A DNA stretch of 63,824 bases, the filler included, from Reclinomonas americana ATCC 50394 (taxonomy: Eukaryota): NCBI GenBank assembly GCA_048213135.1. It is 19 parts of 19 records of this genome, joined end to end, with 100 filler letters (N's around TTAATTAATTAA, not from the genome) between each part and the next. Parts side by side here need not be neighbours in the genome. Positions count along the whole stretch, not along the records: positions 17,563 to 23,959 come from AFZH01021961.1; positions 24,060 to 30,456 come from AFZH01021963.1; positions 30,557 to 32,956 come from AFZH01021964.1; 16 more parts are not named here. One strand, given 5' to 3'. A program made the translations under genes and the position numbers. The notes below the pieces were generated by a model that saw only the letters and a list, made by a program, of their open reading frames with translations, ran no database searches and was not told where the DNA came from. This document shows, in pieces, positions 17,620 to 30,963 of this stretch (its first letter is position 1; every line of letters begins with the position of its first letter).

Positions 17620-19157
17620 AGAGGAGGGAATATGACAAGCAGAACTCCACAATTCGGAAGACGACTTGCAACACTCATGATCACCCGCCGCGCGCAATGA
17701 CGTCATCTCATGAGAGAGAGAGAACAGAGAGAGTGTGTGTGTGTGAGAGAGTGTGTGAGTAAGAGAGTGAGAGACGCAACTTCATCATACTGGCTCCACT
17801 CGGTCGTCCAAAAGCGCCCCACTGTTCACAATCACACCCGCCGAAATAAAAACGCGCACTCACAGACAGAGAGAGTGTGTGTGTCTGTGTGTGTGTGATC
17901 TGAGTGTGTGTGTCTCCCTCTGGGTGTGTGTGTGTGTGTGTGCGTGCGTCGAAAGACGGGACGGGTTTGAGCTCAGTTTCACAGCCGATCGAGCGATTGG
18001 ATGGAATACCGTGCCGATATCATTTGCAGAAGGCTGGGAACGAGAAATTCGCAGCTGTGTGTGATGAAGAGGGGTTGCCGTTTTTAAGGAATAACAGTGG
18101 AGAAGAGGACAGAAGAGAGAGAAAGTTAGAAATGCAAAGGTTGGCGAATTTCGAATTCGAATTGTGCGCGCGGCGACAACCGCGTAACTCCTGGGTATTC
18201 GGTGTGTGCGAGGAAGTGCCATTGAAGCAGAATTGCAGATGTGCCAGAAAGACGTTCGAGAAATCGATCGCGATGGCGATTGCAAACGGCAACAACAAAT
18301 TCAACAACAACCGTCCCTGCCACCAGCCACCACCGATATAAGCCTCACCCACAACATCACAAGCTCTCTTCTGTTTCAACCACGTCACACCTCCACTGCT
18401 TTTGCTTTGCCTGCTTCACGGATCCGGACCCGGCTTTGCTTTGTTTGCCCGGCTTATGGCCTTTTCCTGTTGTTGTTGTCGGCTTCGATGTGCCGTGTAT
18501 GATCGCAGAAAACGCTGTGCGTCTTATGCAAGTGCGTCACATCCACTGTTCCACCACGCAGCGCTTATGCGGTGTGAAGATCCCATTTCTCGACTCTTGG
18601 TCATCAAGATAGCTGTTGCTTGTTTGTTGGTGAATGAATTGTTGTTGTTCGGAGCTCCGAGAGCGAAAACGTTAACACACACACACAAGGAACCTGCTGC
18701 TGCCTCAAGATTGGTGTCTGTGTTGATGCTTTGAACTTTGGCCATCAAGACAGCTGGTGCTTGGTTGGAATAAGGTGCTGGTGGTCGGCGTCCGTGAGAT
18801 CTTGCAATTGTCGCGATATCGACGTCTATATCGCCCTTCGAATTCGAATTTGGCTTCGCTTTCCTGTATCTAAGATGCCTCTTCTTATGGCATGGGTCGT
18901 TGTACACCTACACAGGTGCTTCGTTTTCACATCGGCCAAGGCGTTCCCGATCGATCAGGTGATCAAGCCGTTCTGTACAGAGCTTGCCAATTCGAATTCG
19001 CGAACCCTGCCCACCATTAGCAAGATCAGACCACAAGCCATCAGGGCCTGAATCTCTTGCACGCCATCTGCGACTGCTTTCACCTTGCGTCGCGATCTTG
19101 TCAGGTCCGATCACGAGTAAATTTCGTTCGCACATTGACTTTCTTTTCTCCGAATCC

Positions 19158-19861
19158 ATGAGCGCACGATCACCTTCGCCGCCTCCACCACCACCACCTT
19201 CACAACCACCTTCCTCCTCCTCCTCCTCCTCCTCCTCATGCGTGCGTCGCGGCCTCATTGAGAAGCGATCCAGCAACTTTCTGCGCAACTGGAAGTCGCG
19301 AGAGCTGAGACTCTTCGACGATCGACTGGAGTACCTCGAGCCACCCACAGAGAGCGGTGAGACACGCACACATGGAGACAAAGAGAGACAAAGAGAGAGA
19401 GAAATGTTCAATGCATCACTGCAGCAGTCATGTCGCTTCCGATCCTGCGCTCATGCTTCTCACCTGTGTCTGTGCCACTCTCTCCCTCACACACACACAC
19501 AGATCGCCCCTCGCGACTGATCGCCATTGCGCTTCTGTGCGACATCCACAGCGTGACGTCGGACGGAGTCGAGGGCGCCTTTCATCACTTTCGCGTGCGA
19601 CTGCTGCGTGGTGCACGACGAGAGCTGATTGCGCGGGAGTCTGTGGTTGCGTGCAGCACACCTTTGCCTTGTGTCTCTTCCACTCTTGTCTGCTCATTTT
19701 TCTGTGGTGTTCGGGAACGTGTAAAGGCGGTGATGGAGAGTGAGGGATCGTGGGTCGACACGATCAATCGAGCGGTGCAGTCGCAGACAGTGGGCGCAGA
19801 TGTGGCGGCTGCTTCGGCGGTGGCGGTGTCTCCGGTGCCGGAGCTGTCACCTGCGGCGTGA
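19158..19861 (+). CDS. Small PH-domain protein (3 exons)
   Basis: VRRGLIEKRSSNFLRNWKSRELRLFDDRLEYLE matches PH beta1-3. FRVRL and the C-terminal helix ESEGSWVDTINRAV with the conserved W follow. Introns at 19357-19502 and 19646-19726. Confidence 0.8.
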
Positions 19862-20813
19862 GACGGGGGTGACGGGAATGGAATGAATATGGTTGTGGAG
19901 AATGCAACGAGGAGGGAGGGAGGAGATTTTACTCTGCCGCGGGCTTGGTGTTCCACACCGGGCCACTGCAAAGCACGCGACACACAGATTGGAACAGACT
20001 CGTGCGCGGAAACTGCATTGCGGAGCCAGATTTGCCACTCGATAACACGTGGCTGGCTGATGGTGCCACTCTCCACCAGCTCACTGACCCTGTGTGTCAC
20101 AGCGGCGGTGGTGCAGATTGCAGTTACGCAGCCTTGGACACAGAAGCCGCTTGCTACTATCGTCGGGCGCAACCTCCTGCGCAGACGCTGCATTGCGGAA
20201 CCAGATATGCCACCCGACAACACGAGTCGATTGCAGGCTGTCATGCGACCCCCGGTGCAACAATCGCTTGCACACTAGCTTGCCGCATTTCAACAAGGTG
20301 TTCTCAATGAGTCCCACATCGATCGGCGTCGGCTGGCACCAATGCGGAGCTGCAATAGCTTGCGCGAGGACCCAGTGGAGAAATTGCTCACCATTCCACA
20401 ACACGTCATACTAGATCGCCGTTGGCTGACAGTCATACGGCCTCCGGCACAGCATCCACTTGCCTGCAAGCCGTCTTGCCGCCCTGCTCCCAGACTCCCG
20501 TGTCGCACCGCACGGACTCCAGAGCAGCGACTGGCAGGCAACGCGTGTCATACCGCGACCGCCGGCAATACAATCACTGTCTGTCGGCAAGCAGTCTTGC
20601 CGCGCCACGTTTCCGCCCTGCTCCCGGAATAACAACAGGCGCCTGGTGCCTGAAGATGCAGACTTCCGTGTCACAGCGCACGGACTCCAGAGCAGCGAAT
20701 GCCCCGCAAACGAGTGTCACACTGCGATTGCCGTCGGCTGGCATTGACGCACAGGCAATACAACCAAGCATTCTTGACGCGCAAAGCCTCCAGTGCAGCA
20801 GCAGCTGGATGAC

Positions 20814-21271
20814 CATCATACTGCGTGGCAGTCCTCTGGCTATTGGCTGAGCAATCGCTGCCCCGCCCACCGTAGTAACAACAGTTGCCGAAGATCGCGT
20901 GCCAAAGTGCACAGTCCCCACGAGTGCCGGACTGCACTATTGCGGCCGCCGGCCAACAACTCGCGTGTCAAAGCGCAGCGGCTGAATGGCAATGAATCAC
21001 CAGCACGCGTCCATCAGCTGGCAGTCTTGCCTAAGCCGTGTCGTACCACAACACGCATCATACTGCGTGGCAGTCATATGGCTATCGACTGAGCAATCGC
21101 TGTCCCGCCCACCGTAGTAACAGTTGCCGAAGATCGCGAGTCCCCTACGAGTGCCGGACTGCACTATTGCGGCCGCCGGCCAACAACTCGCGTGTCACAG
21201 CGCAGCGACAGATTGGCAATGAATCTCCAGCACGCGTCCGTCGGCTGGCAGTCTTGCCTAAGCCGTGTCGT
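20814..21271. repeat. Tandem duplication of a ~220-230 bp non-coding unit (20814-21044; 21056-21271)
   Basis: Near-identical blocks CATCATACTGCGTGGCAGTC...CACGAGTGCCGGACTGCACTATTGCGGCCGCCGGCCAACAACTCGCGTGTCA...GTCTTGCCTAAGCCGTGTCGT. Confidence 0.9.
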
Positions 21272-21400
21272 CGCTCACCACCAGTCACATCACACAACTC
21301 CTGGCAAAACAGCAGCTGCAACGAAGTCAGCTCGGGTACACCAGTTGCCACATCATCGGCATCCAGACTTCCTCAGAACCATCACCTTCTCCACCACCCA

Positions 21401-23858
21401 TCACGTATCACCCGACAACGGCACCGTCCAGTCCTGCTCCAGCCACCCCGCGACTCCATCCTCCGTCCGCAGATGCAAGGTCGACTGCGCAACGACAGTC
21501 AATCGCACAACAAACCACCTCGTGTAGCGCACACCGCCACGCAACTCCCTCCTGTACTGCCGCCGCACTGCTGCGAACGTCGCTCATCAGCTGCGTTTCC
21601 AGTGGCACGAGAAACGTGTTCTCCAAGTATTCGACAAATGGATCACCTGCGACGCACACAACAAATCAGCACGAAGCCCCTGAAATGTGCACAGTCTCCC
21701 CACGCAACGACTCCGGCCTGCAGTCCCACGACGAACGCCGCCAACGCCACTGCCATCATTGGTGACGGCCTGCGGATTCACTACATGCACATATCGGTGC
21801 AACTCGTTCACCAGCGCGAACTTGTCCTTGCGCAGCTCACGCTCCTCGTCGGCGGTGAGACGCACGGCAGTTGGAGAGGCGGCGGTGGCGGCGGCAGAGG
21901 CAGCCCGCTGGGCGACGGTCGCGCGTCCTCCAGTCGCCAGTTCACGTGCTCGCACACGCGCCGCAATGCTGTCGTCCATGTCGGCCCGGGTGCGAGTCGC
22001 CGGTCCGGCGCCATGCAGCAGCTTGCCGGTGCGCTCAAAATGCTCCATGGCATCGCGCACGCGCGACGTGGCCGAGGAGGACAGGGACATGTGCAAGGGC
22101 GTGGCGCGCTGTGGCGGTGTGAGCGAGCAGGAGGGAACAATGAATTGCGAAGCTGCACTCAACAGGCCGGTGCTCGTCGCTCTCCACGGGCGCCGGCGGT
22201 GCAGGTGGAGCAAATGGATTGCGACGGAGTGGAGCTTGCTGTAATGGTGGAGGGGGCACAGGAGAAGGAGCGCTGGATGCCGACACCACGGCGTCGCGCC
22301 AGTGCATGAGCGCCGCACCGAACTCGCGATACGACTCAGCGGCCTCCCGGCGCAGTCGCGGGGCGGTCTGCGCGGGAGACAGAGAGAGCAGTGAGCACGC
22401 AAGTCCTCTTCTCCCTCTCCTTATTCCTCTGCTTTGGTCGCTTCTCTCTGACACTGGCATGTGGAGGTTAGAGAGGCGGCTACGCAGAGTGAATGGGGAG
22501 AATGCAACGATTCTATCACGATCGATGATGATTGCAGTGAGCAATCAAGCAGGGTTATTGAAAAAGCAGGGTTACAGAGTGAGAAACGCATTCGCAGCCT
22601 TCTCACCCACAGGCCGAGCAGTGAGCAATAAAGCAAGACAACATATCGGCGAGCAATCGTGCTCGTCTGCACTGGCCTTGTCACCAAGCATCCCCTCCTT
22701 CCTCCCCCACCCACCCTCTGGCACACATTCACCTCCTCTTCGTACACGCGCTTCTGCTCGCGCTCCAACTGCACTCGCTCGCGTTCCTCTCGTCGCGCCA
22801 TCTCTAACTCGAGCACTCGTGCCATGACCTGCTGAGTGTGACTTGGAGGAGGTCGAGCGATGCTGTTCAACCAAGTCAGCACGCGAAGGCGACGAGGATG
22901 TGACAGGGGCGCATCGCTCACCTTGGCGGGGGTGCCAGTGGTGCGGATTCGCTGTCACTGTTGTGCAGGTGAGCGAATGCCGCGAGGGGGTCACTGAGAA
23001 AGTGTAACGCAACAGTGAGGGTGCCCACTCGGCCAGCAGTGCGTCCACGTTGATGGATTCTCGAATGGGGAGGCTGGGCGAGGTCGGGAGATCAGCGTCG
23101 AGAAGAGGATGCCGAAGGAAAGAAGATGCAGCAGACAACGATGAGGCGAGAATGACGAAAGCAGCAACAAAAACAACAAACAGGAAAAGTGCATTGTGCG
23201 CAATTGCTGAGCGGTGCATAGAAGAAGCGGAGAGCAGAAGAATGCAAGCAATGGCGTGTGCCACAGAGACGGACAGGATGCAAGCAACAAGCACCAGAGT
23301 GACAAGAGAGGCGATGGAATCGCACTCTGAATGCCCAAGAAGCAAACCACAGTGCAGACATGCGAGCAATCGTGTGGAACTTCTGAGGGGCGCGCGATAC
23401 AATTAAGCGACAGAGTGGACAAGACACAGGAAAAACAAGTCGAGAATTCGTAAGCAGAGACAATGAGCGCAACAACAAACAGGGAGCGATCGTGTGAAAC
23501 GTCCGAGCGGTGCGAGAAATCAAAGAAATGCCCAAGAAGCGATAGGATGAGCAGCATGCAGGTGAACAATACGTAAGCAGAGACGATGAGCGAAACAACA
23601 GACAAGAGACAATCGCAATCAGAGAATGCCCAAGAAACGATAGGAAGCGCAGCATGCAGGCGAACAAGGGGGGCGATCGTGAGCAAAACAAGAGATGTGC
23701 AAGGAGTGAGATTGACAAGTCCACGCTTCTCCTCCATCTTGAGACGCACCTTGCAGGCCTGTGCGCCTGCTCCTCGCGCCTCGCCGCTCTCCGTCGATCC
23801 GCACTCACATCGGGGAAGAACAGCGAGGCGGGAAGCTCGTCGATGAGCCGCTTGACCT
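21401..23858 (-). CDS. Unknown protein (coiled-coil and Pro-rich), multi-exon, 5' end missing
   Basis: Phase-consistent exons give EVKRLIDELPASLFFP.., LPIRESINVDALLAEWAP, VMARVLELEMARREERERVQLEREQKRVYEEE, RVRDAMEHFERTG.. and DPFVEYLENTFLVPLE. No family recognised. Confidence 0.55.
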
Positions 23859-24153
23859 CTGAGAGAAGAGAGGAGAGGAGAAGGGAGGAGGGAGAAGAGA
23901 GATGAGAATGAGATGAGAATGAGAGAGGAGGGAGGAGAAGGGAGGAGGGGAGAGGACAANNNNNNNNNNNNNNNNNNNNNNNNNNNNNNNNNNNNNNNNN
24001 NNNTTAATTAATTAANNNNNNNNNNNNNNNNNNNNNNNNNNNNNNNNNNNNNNNNNNNNAGAGAGAAGACGTTAGGTAGGGTTAGTACGTAGTAGTGGTA
24101 AGGGACGGTCGACGAGAGAGAACGACGACGAGAGAGAAGAAGTACGTACGAAC

Positions 24154-24244
<91 letters not shown>

Positions 24245-24769
24245 TTGGAGACTGAGGGGCAAAGGGCGTCAGAGAGAAAGAGCGAGAGAGAAGAAGTCAG
24301 CAACTTTCTCTCTCTCTCTCTCTCAGTCTCTTGATCATGTCGTTTTTCCGCACGTCTTTCATGCGTACATTTCTGTTCTTCTCTTGCTTCTGTGCCTTCC
24401 TCAGCTTGCTCACCCTTCTGCTTCAGTTGCTGTTCTCGTCGCATTACTTCTTGCCTTCGCTTCCTCTCCTTCTCTCTCAAGCTCTTTGCTTCCGTTCGTA
24501 CGCTCAGCCATCGTGTCTTCCGCTCTTTTCTCTCATTCCCCTTCCTTCTTCCCCTTTCCCTCCTTGCTCCCTTTCTCCGTTCATGCGCCCCTGAGTTCTC
24601 TCTTCCTGTCCGCTTCTCCTGTTCTACTTTTTGTTCTCCTTCCCGTGAATTCAGCTTCTTCCGTGTTTCTCTCCACACCTTTTTCAAGCACCCACTTGTT
24701 TCCGTCTCCTGCCCTCCCCTTCCCCTTCACCTCCTCCCCCTCCATCTCTCACCCACCTTCCTCCCACAG

Positions 24770-27700
24770 GCATCGACTGCTCCGGCCTCTTCACCGAAAT
24801 GATCCTGGTGCATTCCCTCACTTCCTTCCCCCCCTCGCCCCTCTTCTCCCCCTTCTCCTCACTCCCCATCGCACCACAGGCCTGCAACACCCGCGACGAA
24901 GTGCAAAAGAAGATGATTTACCTGTACCTCGAAGAGTACTCGCAGAACAACGCCGATCGCGCCATTCTCGCCATCAACACGCTGCAGAAGGAGTTTGCCA
25001 GTGTCAACCCCACCATTCGTGGTCTGGCGCTGCGCAGCTTGTCGTATCTTCGGTGCGTGGCGGATGTGTGAAGAATGATTGAGCTCTGCACGGCATCACC
25101 GCATAGTTCTTGTCTCTCAATGTTTCCTGTGCTCGGTCGCTCTGTCCTTTCCCTTCCCTCCTCCCTCCGCTCCTTTCCCTCTGCATTCGCTCCGCTCCCT
25201 TGCTTACCTGCTCCTTTCCTCCAAGTTCGCTCCGTTTCTGTACCTGTATTTCACATTCTCATCGCTCTCTTCCCGCCACATTCGCTGCGGTCTCTGCCTT
25301 GGCACCCTTCTGCTCGCATTCACTCTCTGCCGTTCAAATTCACTCGGCTTCTTTCCCTGTCCTCCTCATCCTCATCGCTCATTCGCTCCGCATGTGCTCC
25401 GCTCTGTTGACGTGCGCCCCGTTCCCCTTACTCGCTCTTCTTTCCAGTTCCTCTCCACTCTGCTTACCCCTTCACCCTTTCCTCGCTGGTTATCGGTAAT
25501 TGCTTTCACTCGCTCCACTTATCATCGCCCTCTGCTGTCTTCCTGTCACTCCATCGCTCTCGCTCCCTGGTCATTTGCTCGTCGCTCATGACTCACATTC
25601 CTCACTTCTCAATCTCTTCTCGCTCTATCGTTTCTCCGTCTCTTTCCGCTCACTCACGCTTCCTCTCACTCTTCTCTCTTCTCAATCTCTTCTCGCCCTA
25701 TCGTTTCTCCGTCTCTTTCCGCTCACTCACGCTTCCTCTCACTCTTCTCTCTCAATCTCTTCTCGCCCTATCGTTTCTCCGTCTCTTTCCGCTCACTCAC
25801 CCTTCCTCTCACTCTTCTCTCTCCCTCTCCCCTTCCTTGCTCTCACCCTCCCTTCCCTTTTCCACCCTTCCCTCCCTTTCACAGCCTCCCCTCCGTCGTC
25901 GAATACCTCGTCCCACTTCTCGACCGCGGCCTCAACGACAACCACCCCTACGTGCGCAAAATCGCCGTCACCGCCGTGCTCAAGCTCTACCGCACCGCCC
26001 CACACGCTGTGCTCGGTGCGGTAGTCTCCATTCCCGACTTTTCCTTTACCCACCCTCACCACCACTTCTTGCACTGTGCACAGACGGCAGCTTCGTTCAG
26101 CGGCTCTACTCAATGCTCGGCGACAACGACTCGCAGGTCGTCATCAATGCACTCACAGTGCTCGACGAGCTGGAGTCGGCGATTCAACAGGTGCATTCCT
26201 CATCACACCCAGCATTCGATTCTACCTTTACTCACTTGGCACGCTGCTCTGCAGTCGCGCAATCAACGGGTGACGGGCATTCGCGTGGATCGCGCCCTGG
26301 TGGCGCGTCTCCTGCAGCGATTGCAGCATTTTGACGAGTGGGCGACCTCGCGCATTCTCGACGTGCTATACCGCTACGAGCCGGCGAACCAGGAAGAGAT
26401 TGAGGCAATCATGGTGAGCGAGGAGGGGAAGGGGAGGGAAGGGGACAGGAGGAGGGGGGAGAAGGGAGAGAAGGAGAGAGCAAAAATGATTGACATGCAA
26501 AGAAAGAGATAGAAGAGAGAGAGAAGGCCAGTTCTTAGAAGCGTGGAGTGGAATGGATGATTGTGAAATGTTTGGAAGTGTTTTGACTCACCACCGCCTT
26601 TCATTCCCCATTTCAATCCCCCTTGCGTTCCCCTTTGTCATTCCCGTTGTCATTCCTTTTCGTCATTCCCCTTTTCCATTTCCCTTGCCATTCCCCTTGC
26701 CATTCCCCCTTCGTTCCCCCTTCGTTCCCCCTTCATTCCCCTTCGTTCCCCCTTCGTTCCCCTTTCGTTCCCCTTTCGTTCCCCTTTCGTTCCCCTTTTT
26801 CTTCACCCTTTTCCTTCCCCCTTTCATTCCCCTTTCATTTCCCTTTCATTCCCCTTTCGTCCCCCTTTCGTTCCCCCTGTCGTTCCCCCTTTCGTTCCCC
26901 TTTTTCTTCACCCTTTTCCTTCCCCCTTTCATTCCCCTTTCGTTCCCCTTTCATTCCCCTTTCGTCCCCCTTTCGTTCCCCTTTCGTCCCCTTTTCGTTC
27001 CCCCTTCGTTTCCCCTCGTCATTCACTTTGTCATTCCCTTTCTCCTGTTCCATCTTTTACCCTCTACTTCCTTCCCCTTCTCTTCCCCTTCTCACCCTTC
27101 CCCTTCTCACCCTTCCCCTTCTCACCCTTCCCCTTCTCACCCTTCCCCTTCTCCCCCCTCCCCCTTCTCACCCTTTTCCCCTTCCCCTCAGAACGCCCTC
27201 GACGAACTCCTCCGCTCCGGCAACTCGGCCCTGGTCCTGGCCGTCCTGCGCATGTTCCTCAAGTGCAGCTCCAAAGCCATTGACTTGCAGGACCGCGTGT
27301 ACGAACGCTGCAAAGGTAAAGTCACCGAAACTCCTCTCTCTTCGCCACACAAACCACTCATTCGCTGGGTCGAAACACAGAACCGCTGTTGACCATCATC
27401 GGAGGCGCCGCACCAGAAGTAGCGTATCCTGTGCTCTCCCACATCCGCCTGCTGTGCCTGCGCAATCCGCGCGTCTTCCAACCGCATTTCAAGTCATTCT
27501 ATTGCCGGTGAGTGAGCAGTGGACTTTGCTTGACTCCTCCCTGCCTGTCCTGCTGACAATCGGGCGCAGCGTCACCGACAATGTGCATCTGCGCCTGCTG
27601 AAGCTGGACATTCTCGTCTCCCTGGTCAACTTTGAGAACATGCAACACATTTTGGGCGAAGTCGGGTGCGTGTAGATCTTCGCGTGTCATCATCAAGCAT

Positions 27701-30563
27701 CTCTCTCACTGTGATCTCGCACAGCACTGCCTACGTCTACGACCGCGACCGCACGTTCAGCCGGGCATCGATTCGCGCGGTTGGCAAGGTGGGTGAAGGA
27801 GAGTGTGCATTAGATGGCATGCGGTAAAACCTCATTCACTTCGCGCAGATTGCACTCAAGCTCAGCGAGGCACTGCCCTTGTGCCTCAATCTGCTCACGG
27901 AATTCCTCGAGTTGCAAGTCGACTATGTGCAGAATGAGGCACTGATTGCGCTGAAGGGTTTGTTGTGCTGGAGCTGCCTCGACTCGCTCTTCATCCTTCT
28001 CGTCTCTCTTTCTCTTCTCCTCTCATTTCATCTTATCAATGAGATTAAGGGAAGGGAAGGGACAGAGTGGGAGAGATGAGAAGAATCGGATTTCCTCTCT
28101 TTTTTTACTTCCGCCCTCCTCCCTCGCTTCTGCTCTCGTCTTCTCTCTTGTCCTCGCTTCCTCTGCCTTCGCCTCTATGCATTTCATGTATCCCATCTCT
28201 CCCTCTCTTCTGCATCCTTGTCCATTTGCCCCTTTCTCCTCACACTTCTGCTCTGTCCCTTCCCGCTCTCCTCTCATTCCTTTGTCGATCAGTTCCTCTC
28301 ATTACCTCTCTTCTCATCAATGAGATGCAAAGAAGGGGACAATGGAGAAGAGATGAGAAGAATGAGGAAGAAGTGCCAAAGAAATCTGCGGTTCCGCATT
28401 TACTAACTCCCCCTCTTTTTCTTGATTCGCCCTTGTTCTCTCATCTCGTTGATGTCCTCTCTTCTCCTCTCTCCTGTCCTCTCCTCCCTTCTCCTCTCCT
28501 CTCTCTCCCTTCTCCTCTCCTCTCCCCTCTCCTCTCTTCTCCTCTCCACTGTCCTCTCCTCTCCTCCTCTTCCCTCTCCTCCCTTCTCCTCTCATCTCTT
28601 CCCCTATTTTCCTCTCATCTCATCCGTCACTTTATCACAGACGTCCTTCGCAAGTACTCGCACGAGGAATTCGAGGAGACAGTGCTGCCGACCATCACCG
28701 AGTACGTCAGTGTGATTGACCGACCCGAATCGCTGGAGGCATTCTTGTGGATTCTCGGCGAGTACGGACAGCACATTGAGGAGGCGGCGTACGTGATTGA
28801 GCGGTACATTGATTCGTTTGAGGAGCAGGATCCGCTGGTGCAGATGCAGGTGAGGGAAAGGGATAAAAGGAGAAGGGGGAGAGTGAGGGAAAGGGAAGAG
28901 AGAGGGAGAGAGGGGATTGAGGGAGGGCGCACGCATGATACCGAAGAAGAGAGAAAGGAAAGCAGTTTATGGTGTCGCGGTATTTGGCATTGAGGAGCAG
29001 CTGTATGTGAGAGCGCACACAGCAAACTTTGTTTTGGGGGAGAAACAGAGAGTGTGTGTGAGAGAGGAAGAAACGCTGGTTTTCAGTGCGAGGACGGCGT
29101 CAAATTATAGACGTGGCAGTGATCGCTGGTGTCTGTGAGTGGATTTGCTCTTCTGTACAATGCAGCGGTTGAGCGAGATGAAGAAGCTGGTCACGCGTTG
29201 ATACGTCGAAAGATTGTTCTATATGGTCATTGAGGAATTCAGCTGGTTCTGAGAGTGACAATGAGTGTCTTATGCTGACAGTGGGGCGGCTAACAAGAGT
29301 GCAGTCGGTTTTTCAAGTATGTTTCTCCGTTTACCCTCACCCTTTTCCTTCAATTGCAGCTCTTGACGTGCACAATGAAGCTCTTCTTCAAGCGACCACG
29401 CCAGGTGCGCGGCATGCTGGGCCGAGTGCTGCAGAACGCCACCGAAGAGAAGAGGCATCTGGATGTGTACGACCGAGCGGCGCTGTACTATTGCCTGCTG
29501 CAGACTGACATTGCCAAGGTACGGCTTGTGTCTTTTGTGTTCGCCTTTCCATCTTTTACTCTTTCACCACTTTTCTGTCAGTTTCCTCTTTCCCCTATCT
29601 TTCTCCGTCTTGCTCTCTCACTCTGTATTTGTGTACTCAAGATGTATGTGCGTCTCTCAGATTCACTCCTGTGCTTCGCTCCTTGCATCCATGCGTCTCA
29701 TTTTCCCTCTATTTTCTTGTGCATTCTAACGATTGCCCTCTCTGCGTCTGTTTGCCCACTCGTTCGCATTCTAGATTGCTTGCATGTCACAGTGTTGCAC
29801 TTTCAAGTTTGTGTACAACTCTAGTTTATCTCTTACTCTCCCTCGGTGGTTATGTGCGTACTGTGCAGTCTTCCTGTCTGCTATCCCGTTATTCTTCTGT
29901 TCATTTTGTCTCACAGTTTCCTCTTTACCCCACTCTTTCTCCCTATGTTTCCCTCTCTTTCTTACTCTCTCTTTGTTCGTCTCTCCATCCCTTTTCTGCT
30001 CATCATTCCCCTTCCTCTTTTCCCTCCCCCTCTCCCCTCTCCCACCCTTCCCCCTTCTCACCCTTCTCCTCCCCAGGCTGAGGCCACCGTCGCCGGCGAG
30101 CGCAACCTGGTGCAAATCTTCTGCGAGGACGACGACTCGGAGATCCGCGACCAGCTCTTTGACGAGTTCAACACACTGGCCGTGGTCTACAACCAGCCAT
30201 CGTCCGACTTTATCCGCAGCTCCGCCGCCGCCGTGCTCGGCTTTAGCCACGAGGGCGCCGAGAGCAAGTACGGCGCGCGTGCCGGTGATGACGACGAGGA
30301 CGAGGAGGAGGAGGAAGAAGAAGAGGAGGACGAGGAGGAAGAAGAGGAAGACGAGGAGGAGGAGGAGGAAGAGGATGAAGAGGAAGAGGAGGAGGACGAT
30401 GACGAAGAGGCTCCGCCACTGGACGGCAATGCCGCAATGACCACCGACGAGTTCAANNNNNNNNNNNNNNNNNNNNNNNNNNNNNNNNNNNNNNNNNNNN
30501 TTAATTAATTAANNNNNNNNNNNNNNNNNNNNNNNNNNNNNNNNNNNNNNNNNNNNTCTCTCT

Positions 30564-30622
<59 letters not shown>

Positions 30623-30914
30623 CCTTCTCACTCTCCCTCTCTCTACCCTTCTCACTCTCCCTCTTCCTCCCCCACATTGTCTCCCTCCCCCTCTCACTGT
30701 CATTATCAACACAGTGGCGACGTGCGCGGCCGTGTGGGTCGCGTTCTTCCCGCCAAGGATCTGGCCGCTCGCCTGGCCCCCATTGGCATCAAGTGTGTGG
30801 CTGTCGGCGCGGGTCCCAACAATTCGTCGCGGTTCTTTGCATTCGGGCAGTTTGTTGCGTGCGCGAGATGGGGAAATGAGGGGCACCGGGCAAGGCTGTG
30901 CTCATTGACTGTTC

Positions 30915-30963
<49 letters not shown>

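Noticed and set aside
18058..18070. TGTGATGA box C-like motif (possible snoRNA)
   Set aside because: No matching CTGA box D with a terminal stem was found at a suitable distance.
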